A DNA stretch of 36,034 nucleotides. Source: Nanohaloarchaea archaeon B1-Br10_U2g21 (GTDB lineage: Archaea > Nanohalarchaeota > Nanosalinia > Nanosalinales > Nanosalinaceae). The DNA is taken from contig LKMP01000009.1 in the NCBI GenBank assembly GCA_001563915.1, positions 1 to 36,034 of the forward strand, in the 5' to 3' direction. Position numbers and translations under genes: made by a program. Of this stretch, positions 34,983 through 36,034 are shown one piece after another; within the stretch, counting starts at the first letter, position 1; each line of letters starts with the position of its first letter. The notes beneath the pieces were generated by a model. The model was not told the origin of the DNA, made no database searches, and worked only from the letters and a program-made list of their open reading frames with translations.

Positions 34983-36034
34983 ATGGAAGTTCAAAACAAC
35001 ATAATCATGTTATCTTGTTTAGTCTTAGGTCTTATAGCTGGAGGAGTACTTACATACAGCGAATTAAGTTCCGATATATATGAACTAGAACAGCAAGTTG
35101 AGGAAATTCAGGGACAGGAAAGAGTGATATATGTAAACGACACTGGGCTAGGGCTTGCAAGCTTATTCAGACAAGTAGAAGGCTCAGTAGTTTATGTAGA
35201 TACTGAAGAAGCTCAAGGCTCCGGATTCATATATGATGAAGATGGACACATAATAACTAATGAACACGTAGTCCGTGATAGAGAAACAGTAGATGTCTAC
35301 TTTAGTGATGGCGAAGGTTATCGCGCAGATGTAGTCGGTCTAGACCCACACACTGATCTTGCAGTACTCAGAGTTGATCGAGAGGGCTTGGATCCTCTCG
35401 AGTTTGCTGACTCTGAAGATGTAGAAGTAGGAGAGACATCAGTAGCAATAGGCAACCCTTTTGGTTTAGAAAGCTCTATAACTCAAGGAATAGTATCTCA
35501 AAAAGGACGTAGCATTACTGTTGAAGGAGGATTTTCTATAAGAAACGTTATTCAAACAGACGCATCTATTAATCCAGGTAACAGCGGCGGCCCATTAATG
35601 AATAAAGAAGGAGAAGTAATAGGCGTTAACACTGCTATAGAGACAGATACAGGAACTTTTTCAGGGATAGGCTTTGCCGTACCTTCTAACACTGTCAATA
35701 GAGTAGTTCCTGACATGATAGATGAAGGCCAGTATGATCACCCATGGATAGGTGTACAAGGCGTAGATGTGAGTCCTGAAATAGCAGAAGAAATGAATCT
35801 TGAAAATCGAAGCGGCTTTCTAGTACTAGAAGTCTCCGAAAACAGTCCTGCTGACGAATCTGGTCTTCGAGCCTCAGAAGAAACAGCAGAAATAGAAGAG
35901 GAAGAAATGCTTGTAGGGGGCGACGTAATCACAGGAATAAATGGAGAAAATACAAGAGGCATAGATGATATACTCGAATACTTAGCACTCAACACTGATG
36001 TAGGCGACGAAATAGAATTAGAAGCTATTAGAGA
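34983..36034 (+). CDS. htrA: HtrA/DegP-family membrane-anchored serine protease with PDZ domain (3'-truncated, not in the ORF track)
   Basis: Manual translation: N-terminal TM, GSGF, ITNEHVV (His), TDLAVL (Asp), IQTDASINPGNSGGPL (Ser), then PDZ SPA..SGL..GDVI. Confidence 0.95.
   Translation, partial: MEVQNNIIMLSCLVLGLIAGGVLTYSELSSDIYELEQQVEEIQGQERVIYVNDTGLGLASLFRQVEGSVVYVDTEEAQGSGFIYDEDGHIITNEHVVRDRETVDVYFSDGEGYRADVVGLDPHTDLAVLRVDREGLDPLEFADSEDVEVGETSVAIGNPFGLESSITQGIVSQKGRSITVEGGFSIRNVIQTDASINPGNSGGPLMNKEGEVIGVNTAIETDTGTFSGIGFAVPSNTVNRVVPDMIDEGQYDHPWIGVQGVDVSPEIAEEMNLENRSGFLVLEVSENSPADESGLRASEETAEIEEEEMLVGGDVITGINGENTRGIDDILEYLALNTDVGDEIELEAIR

Overview
A 36-kb piece of archaeal core chromosome with low GC and strongly acidic proteins. 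The split RpoB''/B' and RpoA'/A'' genes and absence of rpl30e before nusA, together with that composition, best fit a Nanohaloarchaeota (DPANN) symbiont; this is an inference, not a database match. In order, it carries: the 3' part of an ATP-dependent DNA ligase interrupted by an intein (ending HN|C at 324/325); rpl15e-rpp30-pop5; tbp; MCM, an RPA2-like gene and aIF2-beta; Nth, aVLRF1, SSB and a DRG GTPase; rps8e, divergent from Lsm-rpl37e; tRNA-Lys(TTT); an accessory block with an AsnB-Dph6 fusion and an ART-like orphan; NucS; the rpoH-B''-B'-A'-A''-nusA-rps12-rps7-EF2-EF1a-rps10-tRNA-Ser(GGA) cluster with two small membrane genes inserted; two paralogous 2-TM proteins around a tiny acidic lipoprotein; and a truncated HtrA. 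The most notable observations are the ligase intein and strongly non-canonical RNA polymerase active-site elements (bridge helix, trigger loop, fork/link regions, lost zinc site). Also notable are the tripartite AsnB-Dph6 enzyme and the paralogous membrane pair beside the lipoprotein and HtrA. I saw no CRISPR array, IS or provirus.
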